In this document: in pieces, positions 60,299-64,000 of the stretch
Numbering within the stretch: the first letter of the stretch is position 1
How the letters are laid out: each line of letters begins with the position of its first letter
NCBI GenBank assembly: GCA_028826165.1
Contig: JAPDFW010000090.1
Location: 225,783-289,782, forward strand
Reading direction: 5' to 3'
From: Anaeramoeba ignava BMAN
Taxonomy: Eukaryota; Protista; Anaeramoebae
Length of the DNA: 64,000 nucleotides
The notes under the pieces: model-generated
Seen by the model: the letters and a program-made list of their open reading frames with translations, nothing else
What the model was told of the DNA's origin: nothing
Databases searched by the model: none
Program-made: the position numbers and the translations under genes

Positions 60299-63200
60299 AT
60301 GTCAAAAATAAGTGAAATTGAAATACCTTTTACTATTAAAGATGATCTTTTAAATTTATCAAAACCATCAATAAATGCAATTACAAAAGCAATAAAAAAA
60401 AGATTTGATTCAAATAATCTTCATGTAAATAATTTACAATAAAAACTATTTGGCAAATAATAATAATAATTTTTAATTTTTTATTTTTATTTTTTAATTT
60501 TTAAATTAAGACTTATATTGGTTATTATTTAGTTCGGTTAAATTCTTTTCAAACTTTTCCGTTAGAAATTACAAAAAAAACAAGATTTTATCCAAGAAGA
60601 TTTTATCCTCCTGATTTATTTGCTTTTATTGATAAAATTTATCTTGAAATGATTGAAAAAAAACAAAATCAATTAATTGTTCTCAAGTAAACAAGAATTA
60701 GAATTAAAATCAAAATAAAAATCAAAATTAAAATTAAAATTAAAAATAAAATTAGAATTCAAATTCATTTATAAAATTAAAATTAAAATTAAAATTAAAA
60801 TTAAAATTATAATTAAAATTTAAAATTAAAATTAAAATTAAAATTATAATTAAAATTAAAATTAAAATTAAAATTAAAATTAAAATCAAAATTAAAATTA
60901 AAATTAAAATTAAAATTAAAATTAAAATTAAAATTAAAATTAAAATTAAAATTAAAAATTAAAATTAAAATTAAAATTAAAATTAAAATTAAAATTAAAA
61001 TTAAAATTAAAATTCATTTATAAAATTAAAATTAAAATTAAAATTAAAATTAAAATTAAAAATGAAATTAAAATTAAAATTAAAAATAAAAATAAAAATA
61101 AAATTAAAATTAAAATTAAATTTAAAATTAGTGGTGAAAGTGGATCTGGTATTTTATTTCTTTTAAAAAAAAAGAAAGAAGAAAATTTAATTATAAATTA
61201 TAAATTATAGGAAAAACACAAACAACAAAAGAGATTATGGAATTTCTTTTACTTAATTCTTTAATTGAAAATGAAAATCAAAATATTAAAAAAATTCAAA
61301 GTTGTTTTAAATTATTAGAAGTATTTGGAAATGCAGCAACAAAACAAAATCCAAATTCAACAAGATTTGTAATAAATTATAATATTATAATATTATAATA
61401 TTAAATTGATTTTCATTTTTTTTGAATTCAATTTTAAAGGAAAGCTTTTTTGAAATTCATTTTAATAAAAAAGGAAATATTTGTGGAATGAAAGTTAATA
61501 AAATATTTATTGAAAGTTCAAGAATTTATACAAGAAAAAAAGGAGAAAGAAATTTTCATATATTTTATCAATTACTTAGAGGATTAAAAATTGAAGAAAA
61601 AGGTTGAAAAAATTTATTTAAAATTTATTTGAAAATTTATTTAAAAATTTATTTAAAAATTTATTTGAAAATTTATTTAAAAATTTATATAAAAATTTAT
61701 TTAAAAATTTATTTAAAAATTTATTTAATAATTTATTTAAAAATTTATTTAAAAATTTATTTAAAAATTTATTTAAAAATTTATTTAAAAAATAGAACAA
61801 TTAGGTGTTTCTTCAATCGATGAATTTAATTTTTTAACACAAAGTGGAAGATTTAGTATTGAAGGTGTTAATGATTCTCATGAACTTGTTAAAACACAAC
61901 AAGCATTTAATGATCTTGGAATTACACAAAAAACACAATCAAAAATATTTCAAATTCTTATTGCAATTTTATTTATTGGAAATATTCAATTTGAAGAAGA
62001 AAATGAAAATGCTATAATTTCAAATCAAACAACAATTTCTTGGATTTCATCTTTAATTAAAGTTGATCCTAATTCTTTAATAAATTCTTTAACTTTTAAA
62101 ACAATTTCATCTGAAATTTCAACAGATACAATTTCTGCTTATTCAATTCCACAAACTCTTAATGAAGTCTGTTTTCTTTTTTTAAAGAAAAATTCAAATT
62201 TAAATTCAAATTTTTTTGTTTTATTTTGTTTTAGGCACAAAAAACAAGAGATGCTTTAGCTTCTGAAATGTATTCAAGAGTTTTTGAATATATTATTGAA
62301 ATAATCAATAAAAATTTAAATAGTAATCAAGATCATGAATTCGAAATCAAAATTCTTGATTATTCAGGTTTCCAAAAAATTGATAAACAAGATTTAAATG
62401 GATTATTTACAAATTATTTAAATGAAAAATTACAACAATTATCAACAATAAATATCCTTAAAAAAGATCAATCTCAATATCAAAAAGAGAAAATTAAATG
62501 GCAAAATATCCCATTTAATGATAATCAAATTATATGTAATTTTATAGAAGATCAAGATCCAAATGGAATTATTTATTCTATAAATAAATCTTGTGAAGAT
62601 CCAAATAAATATGAATTGGATCAATTAATTTCTCAAATACAAAAATTGCAGAGAAATCTCAGAAAAAATCAAATATTCACCAAAAACAATCAGAATTTAT
62701 AATTTCTCATTTTTTTGGAGATGTAATTTATCAAATTATTTATATTTAAATAACAAAATTATCATTTTAAAAAAAATTTTTTTTTATAATTATTTAGGTT
62801 GTTTATAATATTGATAATTTTTTTCAAGAAAATTCAAGAATGATTCAATTTGATTCTATTGTAATGTTACAAACAAGTAAATTGAAATTGATTAAGAAAA
62901 TATTCTCAGCAAATATTGCAAATATTCAAAATAAAACTGGAAATTTATTGGGAACAAAATTTATTCAAATTATTCAAGAATTGGAAAAAATATTCAAGAA
63001 ATGAAACAACATATTATTTATTGTATTCGAGCAAATAATTCAAAAAAATTAAATAGTTTCGAAAGTAAATATGTTCAACAACAAGTTGATTCAATGCAAT
63101 TAGTTCCATTAAGTAAATTATCAGAAAATTGAAAATTGAAAATTGAATTAAATAATTTTAATTCTTCTTTTTAAATTTTCAAAAAAAAACAGTTAAAATG

Positions 63201-64000
63201 AAAAAGAGTATCTTTTTATCAAGAAAGTCCAAAACATTTTATTAATGATTATGGAATTATTAGCAATCAAACATGGCCAGAATTTAGAGGAGAACTTCAA
63301 CTTGGTGTGAAAATAATTTTACAAAAATTGGAAGCAAATGAAAAAGATTATGAAATTGGAGAATCTGATCTTTTATATTTATAAACCTGAAATTATTGTT
63401 AAATTGGATAAATTCAAACAAATTAAACTTGATGAAGCAGCAATAAAAATACAAAAAGTTATCGAAAATATGAAGAAAAATGAATGAACCAAAAGAAAGA
63501 GAAAAGGATTCAAATCAAAATCAAAAATTAAGAACAAGTAGACCAAAAGTCAAGTTCATAAAAATAATATGTTTTATTTTTCAAATCCAGAAATTATCAA
63601 ATTGATGGAACTTTTATAGTTATGATTCTGAAAAATTACTTTATTCAAATGAAATCCACAGAATAAAATTCACCAAATTAAGAAGTAAACCAAAAGAGAA
63701 AAATCTGCAATAATTTTAACAGAAGATGCTTTATATTTAATTGGAAGTAGAAGGAAAAAAAGAAAATCTAAAGGAAAAGATGAATCTGAATTGAAAATTA
63801 CCACAAGACTTCCTTTACCAGAAATTAACGAAATTCACATTTCAAAAATTTGAAGATCCGTTTATATTGTTTAAAAGTTTCTAAACAAGATATTTTTATT
63901 GAAGATGAAAATAAATCAAATTTTATTAAAATTTTAACAGAAAATCGAAAATCAAAAGAGCTTCAATTCCTATTCAAGAGTTAATAAATTCACTTGAATT
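60299..64000 (+). CDS. Divergent class-I-like myosin (motor, IQ, TH1-like tail; runs off the window; several indels after ~62700)
   Basis: DDLLNL...KKRFDSNNLH|TYIG, P-loop GESGSGKT (on a 17-nt microexon), LEVFGNAATKQNPNSTRF, GERNFHIFYQLL, RDALASEMYSRVFEYII, NYLNEKLQQ and TWPEFRG...DEAAIKIQK (myosin-1 converter/IQ). Confidence 0.85.
60700..61795. repeat. Intronic satellites in the myosin gene: (TTAAAA)n at 60700-61130 and 12-bp AAAAATTTATTT at 61605-61795
   Basis: Direct reading. Confidence 0.88.

Noticed and set aside
62700-64000. Multiple stops and frameshifts in the myosin 3' part
   Set aside because: Mostly single-base indels in or beside homopolymers; probable low-quality consensus and not biology.
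9192-64000. Inteins (reported to be abundant in Anaeramoeba)
   Set aside because: No C...HN-[C/S/T] insertion or homing-endonuclease block interrupts any of the recognisable domains by eye; an intein/Hint HMM search would be decisive.

Overview
Very AT-rich, gene-dense eukaryotic (protist) nuclear DNA in the standard genetic code, with GT-AG spliceosomal introns. Its style (N/Q hexamer repeats, RCC1-BTB and actin paralogues, parabasalid-like TCATTTT motif) suggests an Anaeramoeba-like metamonad, but that assignment is inference. I can reconstruct 19 genes, many missed by the ORF track because of introns: two tandem type-I membrane repeat proteins, PABPN1, a hook-less Rad50-like ATPase with a ~1000-aa N/Q tail, three divergent actin-family genes, a BTB-ARM protein with one ARM repeat per exon, omega-amidase (NIT2), a BEACH-WD40 protein, two RCC1-BTB paralogues, ARL5, an Eps15-like EH protein with ~30 FDDFGDDF repeats, APC4, a divergent G-alpha, UEV/MMS2, a SAPS/PP6 regulatory subunit and a class-I-like myosin with a switch-II E->Q change. 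Larger spacers and many introns are filled with distinct 6-, 10-, 11-, 12- and 143-bp satellites. Strongest signals: (i) three near-identical tandem paralogue pairs whose differences cluster on predicted binding surfaces, a candidate diversified recognition/ubiquitination repertoire; (ii) a TCATTTT initiator-like motif just upstream of all 19 start codons; (iii) very degenerate, A-rich splice signals; (iv) several probable pseudo-enzymes. Most frameshifts look like assembly errors. No tRNA, rRNA, CRISPR, transposase or intein was recognised.
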